From a virus: a stretch of 64,000 bases of DNA. Below the pieces are notes generated by a model. It ran no database searches, had not been told where the DNA came from, and saw nothing but the letters and a program-made list of their open reading frames with translations. The DNA is taken from the IMG/VR virus record IMGVR_UViG_3300045988_144476; one strand, given 5' to 3'. This document shows, in pieces, positions 63,868-64,000 of the stretch; the first letter of the stretch is position 1; every line of letters starts with the position of its first letter. Made by a program: the position numbers and the translations under genes.

Positions 63868-64000
63868 ACGTGTTTTTCTTTCTCCATTTATTCCATTCTA
63901 TTCAAATTTATAACCGTTAATATCTATAGTACTTTTACTAATTCATAACTGATTACCAATGGAATAATTACCAATTCAGATCTAGTATCTCCAGTATCAT

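Noticed and set aside
1-64000. CRISPR arrays, rRNA genes, transposase/IS elements
   Set aside because: I noticed no regularly spaced repeats, rRNA-like conserved blocks or transposase motifs. The only recombinases are the tyrosine integrase and the RusA-like resolvase.

Overview
This window is an AT-rich segment of a temperate tailed phage or prophage (Firmicutes/Clostridia-like). I see no cellular housekeeping genes, rRNA, complete tRNA or CRISPR array. From 1 to 18.5 kb on the + strand is a tightly packed, often ATGA-coupled early/auxiliary operon. It carries class II ribonucleotide reductase, a SAM methyltransferase, a metallophosphoesterase and dUTPase. It also holds an unusually complete NAD+/ADP-ribose island: nicotinamidase, a Prs-like enzyme, a NAMPT-like enzyme, a Pol-beta nucleotidyltransferase, a macro domain and NadE, interspersed with small membrane ORFs. 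From 18.0 to 20.3 kb is the lysogeny junction: a Crh/HPr-like protein, an excisionase-like HTH, a tyrosine integrase, and an attP-like region with a tRNA 3' fragment flanked by TTACCATAA arm repeats. From 20.4 to 64 kb on the - strand is the late module. It holds a holin, a multidomain endolysin, HxH-rich tail fibres with a duplicated tail-collar tip, a 2413-aa adhesin-like protein, Tal and Dit. The tape measure is encoded as two giant ORFs (1929 + 2658 aa). These are separated by a 3.6-kb opposite-strand cassette flanked by an in-phase 10-bp direct repeat. The cassette has its own consensus-like promoter, unknown proteins, and two small membrane peptides behind twin operator/promoters and long structured leaders. 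All functional calls rest on motifs read by eye. No database search was run and nothing was computed numerically.
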